Part shown: positions 17,760-26,639 of the stretch, one piece after another
How positions within the stretch are numbered: the stretch's first letter is position 1
How the letters are laid out: each line of letters opens with the position of its first letter
From: an uncultured Clostridia bacterium
GTDB lineage: Bacteria; Bacillota; Clostridia; TANB77; CAG-508
Assembly (NCBI GenBank): GCA_947596225.1
Contig: CANQEX010000002.1
Location: 1-50,632, forward strand
DNA length: 50,632 nucleotides
Direction of reading: 5' to 3'
Program-made: the position numbers and the translations under genes
The notes under the pieces: generated by a model
What the model saw: the letters and a program-made list of their open reading frames with translations, nothing else
Databases searched by the model: none
What the model was told of the DNA's origin: nothing

Positions 17760-18515
17760 TTATTGTATTGCTAACTTAAATTCTAAATTCACTTGTTCTC
17801 TTACTTCTTCTATTTTCGCTATCAAATCAATTGTTTGCTGTTCTATAATATTAACCATATCACTATTTTTTATTTCAACATTTGATAATTCTTCTTTTAT
17901 TTTTTCAATTACTTCTTTTTCAAATTTTTCTTTTTTAGTAAATTTTTTTAGAAGTTTACTAAAAAAGTTAATAATTGGATTTTGTTTTTTTACAACTTCT
18001 AAATTAGAATTTCTATATTTTACAATTTCGTTAAAATCTTCAATAGAAGCTGTTATACAATCATCTAATTTCTTTTCACATTCAGCAACCATTGCATCAT
18101 AAGCATCATATTTTGTAATTAATGCTGATAATTTTTTCTCATAATTATCTAGTGGTTCCTCTGAATTTTTATTAATAAAAGTGACAAAATTCGCTAAAGC
18201 AATTTTCTGATTTGCTTGTAATTCTTGAATTTCCACTATAATATTATAATATTGTTCTTTTCTTTGATTATAAATTGTTTGAAATTCATTAATATAACCA
18301 GTTACTATTGAATTTTTTTCATTAGTATAATCATCAATTTTTTTACCAAAAGCAATTATTTGATCATCTATATTTTTTTGTATATATGATATTTTTTCTT
18401 CATAACATTCAAATAATAATTTATTAAATTTTGCAAATAGAATATCCATCTCTAAAACTTCTAATTCACTTAAATTTTTAATTTGCTCTAACAACTTATT
18501 ATCTATTTGTTTCAT
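17760..18515 (-). CDS. hypothetical all-helical coiled-coil protein, 251 aa (gene 2 of the orphan operon)
   Basis: ORF with ATG 22 nt after the upstream stop. The sequence is rich in E/K/I/N with heptad-like periodicity. No motif recognised. Confidence 0.65.
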   Translation of the reverse strand: MKQIDNKLLEQIKNLSELEVLEMDILFAKFNKLLFECYEEKISYIQKNIDDQIIAFGKKIDDYTNEKNSIVTGYINEFQTIYNQRKEQYYNIIVEIQELQANQKIALANFVTFINKNSEEPLDNYEKKLSALITKYDAYDAMVAECEKKLDDCITASIEDFNEIVKYRNSNLEVVKKQNPIINFFSKLLKKFTKKEKFEKEVIEKIKEELSNVEIKNSDMVNIIEQQTIDLIAKIEEVREQVNLEFKLAIQ

Positions 18516-18537
18516 TCTTATTCTCCTCTACTAGACA

Positions 18538-18693
18538 TTAGTTCTTGCTATCATTTATATTCAAAAAATGATATTTTTCATTATAATTCATTATACGTTT
18601 ATATATTTTTTGTCTTTTCTCTTGCAGTTTTCTATATAAATTTGTTATTTCCTCATCTGATATTTCAGTATAATTTATTTTCTTTTTTTCCAT
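18538..18693 (-). CDS. hypothetical small basic protein, 51 aa (gene 1 of the orphan operon)
   Basis: The track ORF runs to 18735, but AGGAGAG sits 6 nt upstream of the internal ATG at 18693 (MEKKKINYTEISDEEITNLYRKLQEKRQKIYKRIMNYNEKYHFLNINDSKN). Confidence 0.5.
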   Translation of the reverse strand: MEKKKINYTEISDEEITNLYRKLQEKRQKIYKRIMNYNEKYHFLNINDSKN

Positions 18694-18790
18694 TTTTACT
18701 CTCCTATTAATATAAATCCAATTATATTTTAACATTTTTTTAAAAAATTGTATTATAAGTAATACAAACGATATATAAATTTAATATATG

Positions 18791-18819
18791 TTAACAAATT
18801 ATTTAATATATGTTATAAT
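18791..18819 (+). promoter_or_regulatory. sigma-A promoter for the radical SAM gene
   Basis: TTAACA (18791-18796), 17-nt spacer, TATAAT (18814-18819) with TGT immediately upstream, 16 nt before the ATG region. Confidence 0.45.
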
Positions 18820-18835
18820 TTGCTAGAGGTTAGTT

Positions 18836-19783
18836 ATGGAAAAAGAAAGATATAAACATTTAAATTCATTTTTAAAAGAAAAATTTGGAGAAAGAACTTT
18901 AAAAATTTGTATTGATGGTAATTTTACATGTCCTAATAGAGATGGTACTATTTCTACAAATGGTTGTATTTTCTGTAGCAATGGTGGATCTGGTGAACAT
19001 ATAACAAAATTTTTTAAAGATACCTCTGGAAACTGTTTAGATAAAAATAACTCTATAAAAATACAGATTCAAAATTATTTTAATTCATATAAAGCACAAC
19101 GTGCAAATAAATTTATTGCATACTTTCAAAATTTCTCAAACACTTATGATTCAATAGAAAATTTAAAATCTAAATATGATTCAGCTTTAATAGATAATAG
19201 AATAGTTGCAATAGCAATAGCTACTCGTCCTGATTGTATTAATGAAGAAATATGTAAATTAATATCTTCATACAAAGAAAAATTATATGTATGGGTAGAA
19301 CTTGGACTTCAAACTTCAAATGATGAAACAGGAAAAATTATTAATAGAGGTTATAATTCTGAAACTTTTACCAGAGCTGTAAAATTTTTGAATAGTTATA
19401 ATATAGATGTTATTACACATTTAATGGTTGGACTTCCAAATGAAAATTTTGATGATATAAAAAACACAGTAAACTTTATAAATAATCACAACTTGCAAGG
19501 TTTAAAAATTCATTCTACATATGTAATAAAAAATACTATTTTAGCTGATATGTATAAAAAAGGCGATTACACACCAATTACTCTTGACTATTACATAGAC
19601 TGTGTTTCATATATATTAACACATATTAATCCCAATATTATTATTCATAAAATTTCAGGTGATGCTCCAAAAGATTTACTTATAGCACCTGAATGGAATA
19701 AACATAAAAAATGGATTTTAAATGGTATTGATAAATATTTAAAAGAAAATAATTTATATCAGGGCAAATATTATAATAATTAA
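18836..19783 (+). CDS. TIGR01212-family radical SAM protein (YtqA-like), 315 aa
   Basis: LNSFLKEKFGERTLKICIDGNFTCPNRDGTISTNGCIFCS is the characteristic N-terminus. Its Cys cluster replaces the classical CxxxCxxC spacing. Confidence 0.85.
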   Translation: MEKERYKHLNSFLKEKFGERTLKICIDGNFTCPNRDGTISTNGCIFCSNGGSGEHITKFFKDTSGNCLDKNNSIKIQIQNYFNSYKAQRANKFIAYFQNFSNTYDSIENLKSKYDSALIDNRIVAIAIATRPDCINEEICKLISSYKEKLYVWVELGLQTSNDETGKIINRGYNSETFTRAVKFLNSYNIDVITHLMVGLPNENFDDIKNTVNFINNHNLQGLKIHSTYVIKNTILADMYKKGDYTPITLDYYIDCVSYILTHINPNIIIHKISGDAPKDLLIAPEWNKHKKWILNGIDKYLKENNLYQGKYYNN

Positions 19784-20685
19784 TTTTTTCTAATTTTAGC
19801 AACAAAAAATCCTTCATATAACTCTGTTGGGCAAACACATAATGTTCCATTTAAACTTACAGGTAAAGTTGGTATATGTTCTATGCCTTTAAATTCAATA
19901 GGTATAATTTCTATATTATTTTCTTTCATAACTTTTAAAATTATTTTCTCATTTTCTTGTGAAAGAACAGAACAAGTAGAATAAACCATTTCTTGCCCTT
20001 TTTTTAAAAGTTTAATAGCTTTCTTTAAAAGTTTATATTGTGTTTTTGAAGACTTTTCAATTAAATTTTTAGTAAAATATTTTTCCAAATTTCTATCATT
20101 TATATTTATAGTTCCACTTCCACTACATGGTGCATCTAATAATATTTGATCAAATGCAAAAAAATCATCAATTTGTGTAGCATCTTTTTGCATTATAAAA
20201 ACACAAGAAGCTCCTTGTTTTTCAATATTATACTTTAATTTTTCAATTCTTATATTATTAATCTCACAAGCTGTTATATGTGATTTATTATCTGAAAGTG
20301 CAGACATTTGTGTTGTCTTACCTCCTGGTGCTGAAGTCATATCTAATATATCTGCACCTTTTTTTGGATTTAATATTATTGGTGGTAACATAGAAGATAA
20401 ACTTTGCAAATATATTTCTCCATTTTCATAAATATCTAAATTTTTAATTTCATTTTCTCTTACATTTTTTATAATAAAAGCATTTCTATACCAAGGAACT
20501 TTTTCATATTCTATATTTTCTTTTTTCAATATATTTTCAACATTTTCTATAGTAGTTTTCAAATTATTTACTCTAAATGTTACATATCTTTGTTTTAAAT
20601 ATCCATCAAAAATTTTTCTTGTAATTTCTGCTCCATATTGTTTTTTTAACATTTCATCTAAAAAATCTAACATATATTTCTCCAT
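19780..20685 (-). CDS. RsmB/NOP-family class I SAM-dependent RNA m5C methyltransferase, 301 aa
   Basis: DMTSAPGGKTTQM (SAM motif I), LLDAPCSGSGT (motif IV with catalytic Cys) and YSTCS (motif VI Cys). Its 3' end overlaps the convergent radical SAM gene by 4 nt. Confidence 0.85.
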   Translation of the reverse strand: MEKYMLDFLDEMLKKQYGAEITRKIFDGYLKQRYVTFRVNNLKTTIENVENILKKENIEYEKVPWYRNAFIIKNVRENEIKNLDIYENGEIYLQSLSSMLPPIILNPKKGADILDMTSAPGGKTTQMSALSDNKSHITACEINNIRIEKLKYNIEKQGASCVFIMQKDATQIDDFFAFDQILLDAPCSGSGTININDRNLEKYFTKNLIEKSSKTQYKLLKKAIKLLKKGQEMVYSTCSVLSQENEKIILKVMKENNIEIIPIEFKGIEHIPTLPVSLNGTLCVCPTELYEGFFVAKIRKN

Positions 20686-20697
20686 TTATTATTTTAA

Positions 20698-21312
20698 CTA
20701 TCTTCCATCTTCATTAGGATAATCTGGTTTTAATAAGCCATCTTTTGATTTTAATAATTGATTTTTTGTTTGCTCATCAAGATTTCTTTCAATAAGATTA
20801 TATAATACATCTATATTTTTATCAAATCTATATCTTTCAAACAAATCAGGATGTACCCTTTTTAAGGTTTTACTTGTCTCAATAAGAATTTGAAATTCTT
20901 GAAAATTTTCATAATGCAATTGTTCTCCATCTCTTTGTTGCTGTTTTAACCATAATCCTATTCCAGCCATTTTTCTTAATGCATGATGTGAATTTTCATC
21001 ATTAACTAAAGCTTCTCCTCTTTTTGCAGAATTATAAGCATCTTCACAAATTTTATAAACAAAATTATTTTCTGAAATTCCACAATTAGCAAAATCTTTT
21101 GAACGTATATTCCACATTTCGTCTAGTGGAATCATATCAATATCATAACCTTCTTGTCTATATTTTCCTCCAAATAAAAACACATTTGTCATTTCAAACG
21201 CATTAGGATCCTTTACTTGCCTATTATTTTTTATCCATTCTGTAATTCCTCTAGATCTATTATTAAAATCTTGTGGCAATATATTATCTTGAAACATTAT
21301 ACTATATTCCAT
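20698..21312 (-). CDS. hypothetical protein, 204 aa
   Basis: ORF with ATG start, 12 nt upstream of the methyltransferase gene. No motif recognised. Confidence 0.6.
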   Translation of the reverse strand: MEYSIMFQDNILPQDFNNRSRGITEWIKNNRQVKDPNAFEMTNVFLFGGKYRQEGYDIDMIPLDEMWNIRSKDFANCGISENNFVYKICEDAYNSAKRGEALVNDENSHHALRKMAGIGLWLKQQQRDGEQLHYENFQEFQILIETSKTLKRVHPDLFERYRFDKNIDVLYNLIERNLDEQTKNQLLKSKDGLLKPDYPNEDGR

Positions 21313-21399
21313 TTTTTATCTCCTTTATAAATATTTTTTTATAGTATTAACCAAATTTTAATTTTTTTACTGTTAATCTTTGGAAAAATAAAATCTGTC

Positions 21400-21428
21400 T
21401 TGTCACTTAAAATCTTATATGATATAAT
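21400..21428 (+). promoter_or_regulatory. sigma-A promoter of the putative toxin-antitoxin pair, with overlapping palindrome
   Basis: TTGTCA (21400-21405), 17-nt spacer, TATAAT (21423-21428). The palindrome TTATAT-G-ATATAA (21415-21427) overlaps the -10 and could be an operator. Confidence 0.5.
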
Positions 21429-21455
21429 GACAAAAAAAATTTAAAGGAAAAATTT

Positions 21456-21665
21456 ATGGAAGATAATTTAAAATTTACTATAGCTGTAGATAACTTAGAT
21501 AAAAAAATTGCAGAATTAAATATAAAAATTTCAAAAAATCCTAATAATAATGTTATCATTCAAGAACTTAACGGTCTTTTAAATGATAGAGAAAAAATTT
21601 TTAAAGGGAATGCAAAAGATTTAAAAATATTAATTGAAAAATATGCAAGTAAAAAGGATGAATAA
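21456..21665 (+). CDS. putative antitoxin (epsilon-like by position only), 69 aa
   Basis: Small helical acidic ORF with an AAAGGA SD. It ends 1 nt before the zeta-family gene start. No sequence family recognised. Confidence 0.5.
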   Translation: MEDNLKFTIAVDNLDKKIAELNIKISKNPNNNVIIQELNGLLNDREKIFKGNAKDLKILIEKYASKKDE

Positions 21666-21666
21666 T

Positions 21667-22653
21667 ATGAATGATTTAACAACAAAAATAAAACAATTAA
21701 TTGAATCTGAAAAATCAATTAATTCTGATATACAATTTTTGACACCACAACATGCTAATTTAATTAATCAAATTCTTAGTAACTATCATTTAAATACTAG
21801 TTTAGAAGCTTTACCTTCAGCAGAAATGATTTATTTAGGTGCACCAACTGGAGCTGGAAAAGATACTTTGGTCAGAAAAATTATAATTGATAATTCAGAT
21901 AAAAATTATGTTGTTCTAAATATGGATATTTTTAGACATTATCATAATGAAATTTTATTTAGTAATAAACGTATTTCTGATATAGATTTTGCAAAACAAA
22001 CTAATCAAACTTCTTATGAATTATATTATATTATACAAGAAATAATTTTAAGAGAATTTCCTGGTACTAATGTAATTGTTACTGGAACAATGCGAGATAT
22101 AGAATGGGTAAAAGAAATTATAGAACGTTATAAAAAAGATACTAAAACAAATTATAATACAAGATTAGTAACATTAGCAGTTCCTACTAGAGAAAGTTCA
22201 TTTTCTATTTTTGAAAGATATTTAAGTATGGTAGATACAAGAAATGGTAAAAATACTCCATTAAGATATACTGATTTAAAATATCATGATGATACAATTC
22301 AAAAATTTATTTCAAGTGTACATTATTTTGAAGATAATTTACATTCAAATACAGAAAGTTTCTTTGATTCTATTCAAGTATATCGTAGAAATAATGATAT
22401 TTTTGATTTTTCAGAAGATACTTTAGTATATGATAGCAGAACACCTACTCCAAATAAATGTGCATTTACACATATTCATGAAATTATGACTGCACCTTAT
22501 AATATAGATCCTAAAAGAGTTGTTAAACTATTAGAAATTATTAAAAGCAATAGTTCATATTTAAAACAACAAAATCTTTATACTAGTATAATTATAGATT
22601 TAGAAAGTATTCTACCACAATGGCAAGCTCCTTCTACAGATATATCAAAATAA
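21667..22653 (+). CDS. zeta toxin family protein (P-loop kinase, PezT/zeta-like), 328 aa
   Basis: Walker A GAPTGAGKDTL, then VVLNMDIFRHYH (compare the zeta/PezT motif ..D.D.F(R/K)..HP) and VTGTMRD (compare EGTLR). The track ORF starts at 21634. I prefer the ATG at 21667, 9 nt after AAAAAGG; 21658 is an alternative. Confidence 0.75.
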   Translation: MNDLTTKIKQLIESEKSINSDIQFLTPQHANLINQILSNYHLNTSLEALPSAEMIYLGAPTGAGKDTLVRKIIIDNSDKNYVVLNMDIFRHYHNEILFSNKRISDIDFAKQTNQTSYELYYIIQEIILREFPGTNVIVTGTMRDIEWVKEIIERYKKDTKTNYNTRLVTLAVPTRESSFSIFERYLSMVDTRNGKNTPLRYTDLKYHDDTIQKFISSVHYFEDNLHSNTESFFDSIQVYRRNNDIFDFSEDTLVYDSRTPTPNKCAFTHIHEIMTAPYNIDPKRVVKLLEIIKSNSSYLKQQNLYTSIIIDLESILPQWQAPSTDISK

Positions 22654-22655
22654 AG

Positions 22656-22700
22656 AACTGATATGAAGCGAACATTTTTAAGATTCACTTCATATCAGTT
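22656..22700. terminator. bidirectional terminator between the zeta gene and the aminotransferase gene
   Basis: 13-bp stem AACTGATATGAAG / CTTCATATCAGTT with a 19-nt loop. Followed by TCTTTTATT on the plus strand. Confidence 0.5.
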
Positions 22701-22720
22701 TCTTTTATTACTGCTTATTT

Positions 22721-23920
22721 TTAATTGTGCAATTTCCACTTTTTTTCCATAGCTAATTTCTGAAAAGCTTTTTGAGAACGCTGTATCATTTCATATGAAA
22801 CACAATATGCAATTCTTACATAACCTGAACATGAAAAAGAACTTCCCGGAACAAATAATAAATTATATTCTTTTGCTATGTTACAAAATTTCTTATCATC
22901 TTCAATAGGCGATTTTACAAAAAGATAAAATGCACCTTCTGGTTTTACACAATCAAAACCACATTCTTTAACAATATCATATAATAAATCTCTATTTTTC
23001 TTATAACATTCTATATCTGTTTTTACATCCAAACAATTTGCTATAACTTTTTGAATTAATGATGGTGCATTTACTGAACCTATTATTCTATTTGCTATAG
23101 TAACAGCATCAATCATTTCACTTGAATCTTCTAATTCATTTGGTATAACAACATATCCTATTCTTTCTCCTGGTAATGATAAAGATTTACTATATGAATA
23201 AACAATCATTGTATTATTATAATATTTAGTAACATATGGAACTTCTATATTTTCATAAACAAGTTCTCTATAAGGTTCATCAGATATTAAATATATTGAA
23301 TTTTTTAACTCATTTTGTTTTTTCTCTAATATACTAGCTATTTTTCTTATTGTTTCTTCTTTATAAATAATTCCTGTTGGATTATTTGGTGTATTTATTA
23401 TAACTGCTTTTGTTTTACTATTAATTTTCTCTTCAAATTCTATTAAATTAGGTTCAAATGTTTCTTTATTTGGATTTACTACCTTTACAATTCCATCATA
23501 ATTTTCAATATAATTATTGTATTCAGAAAAATATGGTGCAAAAACTATAACTTCATCAGTAGGATTAAGTATAGATTTTAAAACTATGTTTAGACCACTT
23601 GCAGCTCCAACTGTCATTATTAAATTTTTATAACTGAAATTAGTAGCATATTTTTTATTTATTGAAGATGCTATTTTTTCTCTTACATCTTCATATCCAC
23701 TATTACTCATATATCCATGTAAAACTAGAGGATCCTCATTATTAACAATATCTATTATTGCTTTATTAACTTCTTTTGGAGCAGGAACACTAGGATTTCC
23801 CAAACTAAAATCATACACATTTTCTTTTCCATAAATTTTTTCTAATCTTTTTCCCTCTTCAAACATTTCTCTTATTACAGAATTGTTTTTTACTAATTTT
23901 TTCATTTTAATTGATATCAT
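22721..23920 (-). CDS. class I/II PLP-dependent aminotransferase (aspartate/aromatic type), 399 aa
   Basis: NPSVP, INTPNNPTG and YSYSKSLSLPGERIGY (PLP lysine motif) give the typical AspC-like layout. Confidence 0.85.
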   Translation of the reverse strand: MISIKMKKLVKNNSVIREMFEEGKRLEKIYGKENVYDFSLGNPSVPAPKEVNKAIIDIVNNEDPLVLHGYMSNSGYEDVREKIASSINKKYATNFSYKNLIMTVGAASGLNIVLKSILNPTDEVIVFAPYFSEYNNYIENYDGIVKVVNPNKETFEPNLIEFEEKINSKTKAVIINTPNNPTGIIYKEETIRKIASILEKKQNELKNSIYLISDEPYRELVYENIEVPYVTKYYNNTMIVYSYSKSLSLPGERIGYVVIPNELEDSSEMIDAVTIANRIIGSVNAPSLIQKVIANCLDVKTDIECYKKNRDLLYDIVKECGFDCVKPEGAFYLFVKSPIEDDKKFCNIAKEYNLLFVPGSSFSCSGYVRIAYCVSYEMIQRSQKAFQKLAMEKKWKLHN

Positions 23921-23996
23921 AATTATCCTTCTTTCCGTACTAGAATTTTTGATATTATATCATCTTTTTCAGTTTTTTTAAATAGTTATAAGAAAA

Positions 23997-24020
23997 ACTG
24001 GGAGAGCAGTCTCTCCCAGT
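23997..24020 (-). terminator. intrinsic terminator
   Basis: GC-rich 10-bp stem ACTGGGAGAG / CTCTCCCAGT with a 4-nt loop. Followed on the minus strand by TTTTTC. Starts 3 nt after the stop at 24023. Confidence 0.7.
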
Positions 24021-24022
24021 GT

Positions 24023-24238
24023 CTACAAGGCTTTAATTATTTGTGCATACAGAGTTGGATTTATATTTTGTATTTCTTTAAGATATTTCTCCAACTTTTC
24101 CACAGAAATTCCTTCACTTTCAGCAATTTGAGATTTACTTTCTCCTCTCAAAAGTCTTGCTGACCAAGATCCTAATTTAAAAAAATATAACTCCCTACAA
24201 TTATCAATGTTGACAGCTACTTTTCCATTGTTGCACAT
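24023..24238 (-). CDS. small putative helix-turn-helix protein, 71 aa
   Basis: AAGGAG lies 7 nt upstream of the internal ATG at 24238 (the track ORF starts at 24280). The C-terminal SQIAESEGISVEKLEKYLKEIQNINPTLYAQI loosely resembles the SpoIIID HTH region (IAKEFGVSKSTVHKDLTERLPEINPDL). The N-terminus differs. Confidence 0.45.
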   Translation of the reverse strand: MCNNGKVAVNIDNCRELYFFKLGSWSARLLRGESKSQIAESEGISVEKLEKYLKEIQNINPTLYAQIIKAL

Positions 24239-24315
24239 GTTATCACTCCTTATAGTTTTTTGCAATCCTACTTGTAACAAGAGTATTATATCATAAAATT
24301 ATATAAAATGTAAAC

Positions 24316-25116
24316 CTAATATTTACCTAAAATTCGTACATATATTCCATTTGTTTTAATTTCTTTAATTGCTATATCTTCATTTTCATTTTCTATTTCA
24401 ACATCTATCCAAAAAATATATTCTCCTAAAACAGTTTTTGCTGGTCTTGATTCTATTTTTGTAAGATTTAAATTATATTTATTAAAAATTTCTAAAACAT
24501 TATATAATGCACCTGGTTTATCTTTTACTGAAAATAAAATAGACATCTTATTTTTCTTAATATCATTATTTTGATTTTTACTTAAAACCCAGAATTTAGT
24601 TTTATTAAAATTATTGTCTTGTATATTTGATTTTATCAAATTTAAATTATATTCTTCCAAACAAGAAATATTTCCTATACAAGCACAAATTTCATTGCTT
24701 TCACTAACTTTTTTGGCAGCATATGCTGTACTTTCTATAGAAATAGTTTTATCTAATAACATATTTTCTTCTAAAAATTTTTTACATTGAGCTAATGCTT
24801 GTGGATGAGAATATACTTTATTAATTTCGTTTAAGTTACAATCTTTATTAGACATTAGATTTTGCTTTATTTCTAATACAATCTCATCTTCTACTTTTAT
24901 ATCTTCATTTTGAATCAATGTATCTATTGCATCTGTAACACAACCTTGAAGAGAATTTTCTATTGGTACTATAGCTTTATCTATTTTCTGACTTTCTAGT
25001 GCTGAAATAGTATCTGGTATAGTTTTAAATTCAATCATTTCTTCATTATCTTTACAATATTCTTTACATGCTTCATATGAAAAAGTCCCTTTAGGTCCTA
25101 AATATCCTATTTTCAT
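24316..25116 (-). CDS. pheA: prephenate dehydratase with C-terminal ACT domain, 266 aa
   Basis: KIGYLGPKGTFSYEA start, VPIENSLQG, SHPQALAQC, T-K-F in place of TRF, and the ESRP motif in the ACT domain. Confidence 0.9.
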   Translation of the reverse strand: MKIGYLGPKGTFSYEACKEYCKDNEEMIEFKTIPDTISALESQKIDKAIVPIENSLQGCVTDAIDTLIQNEDIKVEDEIVLEIKQNLMSNKDCNLNEINKVYSHPQALAQCKKFLEENMLLDKTISIESTAYAAKKVSESNEICACIGNISCLEEYNLNLIKSNIQDNNFNKTKFWVLSKNQNNDIKKNKMSILFSVKDKPGALYNVLEIFNKYNLNLTKIESRPAKTVLGEYIFWIDVEIENENEDIAIKEIKTNGIYVRILGKY

Positions 25117-25174
25117 TTTTTACCTCTTTATTTAAAAAATTTAAATAAAGTATAGCATAAATTACAAAATTTTT

Positions 25175-26563
25175 CTAGTCTATTTCTAAATTACTAACAG
25201 CAGGTGATTCTATAACAAAACCTCTTTTTGTATATCGAGAACCATGACAAGGACAATCCCATGTTTCTTCTAATTGATTCCAAGATAATTTACAACCCAA
25301 ATGCGTACAAGTTGGTGTTGGTTTTCCTTTTATTCTTTTTACTACAATTCCATCTACAGATTCTTTTAGCATATTAATTGCTTCATCTTTATTTTTTATG
25401 ATTTCTAATCTTGAACTTCTAAATATTTCTTCATATTCGTTTTCTCTACCCATGATTTTATCTGTAATAATATTTGCAGAAATATTTGAACTTGTCATTC
25501 CCCATTTATTAAATCCTGTTGCAACATATACATTATCTAATACATTAGAAAAATCACCTATATATGGAATTTTATCTAAACTAATACAATCTTCTGCAGT
25601 CCAATATTTTACAATTTCTGCTTTAGGAAACATTCTTTTAACTCTTGCAAATAAATAATCAAATGGATTACCTATAATTTCACTTCCTGTTTTATAATCA
25701 TATCCAACTATTAATAATAAATTTTTATCTCCATCTTTTACAGTTCTTAATGATATTTGAGGTGTTTCTGAATTTATATAATACCCATCTGTTTGTAGAT
25801 CTGTATTTGTATCCACAATTAATGCATAAGATGTGGATTGATACATTTTTAAAAAATAATATCCCGGAAATGTTATTATTGGATATCTTGTTGCAATAAC
25901 TACATATTTAGCATTCACACTTCCATTTATTGTAGTAACAGTATATTCTTCATCATCTTCTAATACATCCATAGCTTTTGATTTTTCATAAATTGCTACA
26001 CCATTTTTTAATAAACTTTTTACTAAACCATTAGCATATTTTACTGGATTAAATTGTGCTTGATTTTGAAACTGTATCGCTCCAAAAATTTCTAAAGGTA
26101 AATCTATTTTATCTACAAATTTTGAGTCAATATCTAATTTATTTGTAACTTCTACCTCATTTTTTATATTTTGTATTTCATTTTTACTTTCTGTATAAAC
26201 ATATGCCTTCTTTTTCTCAAAATCACATTCTATTTTTTCTTCATTTATTATTTTTTCTATGTCTTTTATAGCTTTTTCATTAGCTTCATAATATTTTCTA
26301 GCAAATTCTTTACCATTTGAATCTTTTAAATATTTATAAATAAGTCCATGTTGACTAGTAACTTTTCCTGTTGTTCCCCCACTTGTACCTGAACATATAA
26401 CATCTTTTTCTAAAACTACAACTTTTTTTCCTTCTTTACTTAAATAATATGCTGTAGTTAAACCTGTAAGACCTCCACCTATAACACATACATCTGCCTG
26501 TATATCTCCATCTAAACTAGCAAATCTATTATTTTCATTATTTATATTCCAAAAACTATCCAT
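25175..26563 (-). CDS. FAD-dependent oxidoreductase fused to a C-terminal Rieske [2Fe-2S] domain, 462 aa
   Basis: DVCVIGGGLTGLTTAY dinucleotide fold. The C-terminal CTHLGC...17 residues...CPCHGSRY is the Rieske ligand motif. Confidence 0.85.
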   Translation of the reverse strand: MDSFWNINNENNRFASLDGDIQADVCVIGGGLTGLTTAYYLSKEGKKVVVLEKDVICSGTSGGTTGKVTSQHGLIYKYLKDSNGKEFARKYYEANEKAIKDIEKIINEEKIECDFEKKKAYVYTESKNEIQNIKNEVEVTNKLDIDSKFVDKIDLPLEIFGAIQFQNQAQFNPVKYANGLVKSLLKNGVAIYEKSKAMDVLEDDEEYTVTTINGSVNAKYVVIATRYPIITFPGYYFLKMYQSTSYALIVDTNTDLQTDGYYINSETPQISLRTVKDGDKNLLLIVGYDYKTGSEIIGNPFDYLFARVKRMFPKAEIVKYWTAEDCISLDKIPYIGDFSNVLDNVYVATGFNKWGMTSSNISANIITDKIMGRENEYEEIFRSSRLEIIKNKDEAINMLKESVDGIVVKRIKGKPTPTCTHLGCKLSWNQLEETWDCPCHGSRYTKRGFVIESPAVSNLEID

Positions 26564-26639
26564 AATAACCTTCTTTCATTCATTTTATTATATCTAGTTT
26601 TTGTATAATTTTCTAAAATATACATGTATAATTTAAAAA

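Noticed and set aside
25117-25174. A T-box or attenuator leader upstream of pheA.
   Set aside because: Only 58 nt separate pheA from the upstream gene, which is too short for a T-box. pheA is probably co-transcribed with its upstream neighbour.
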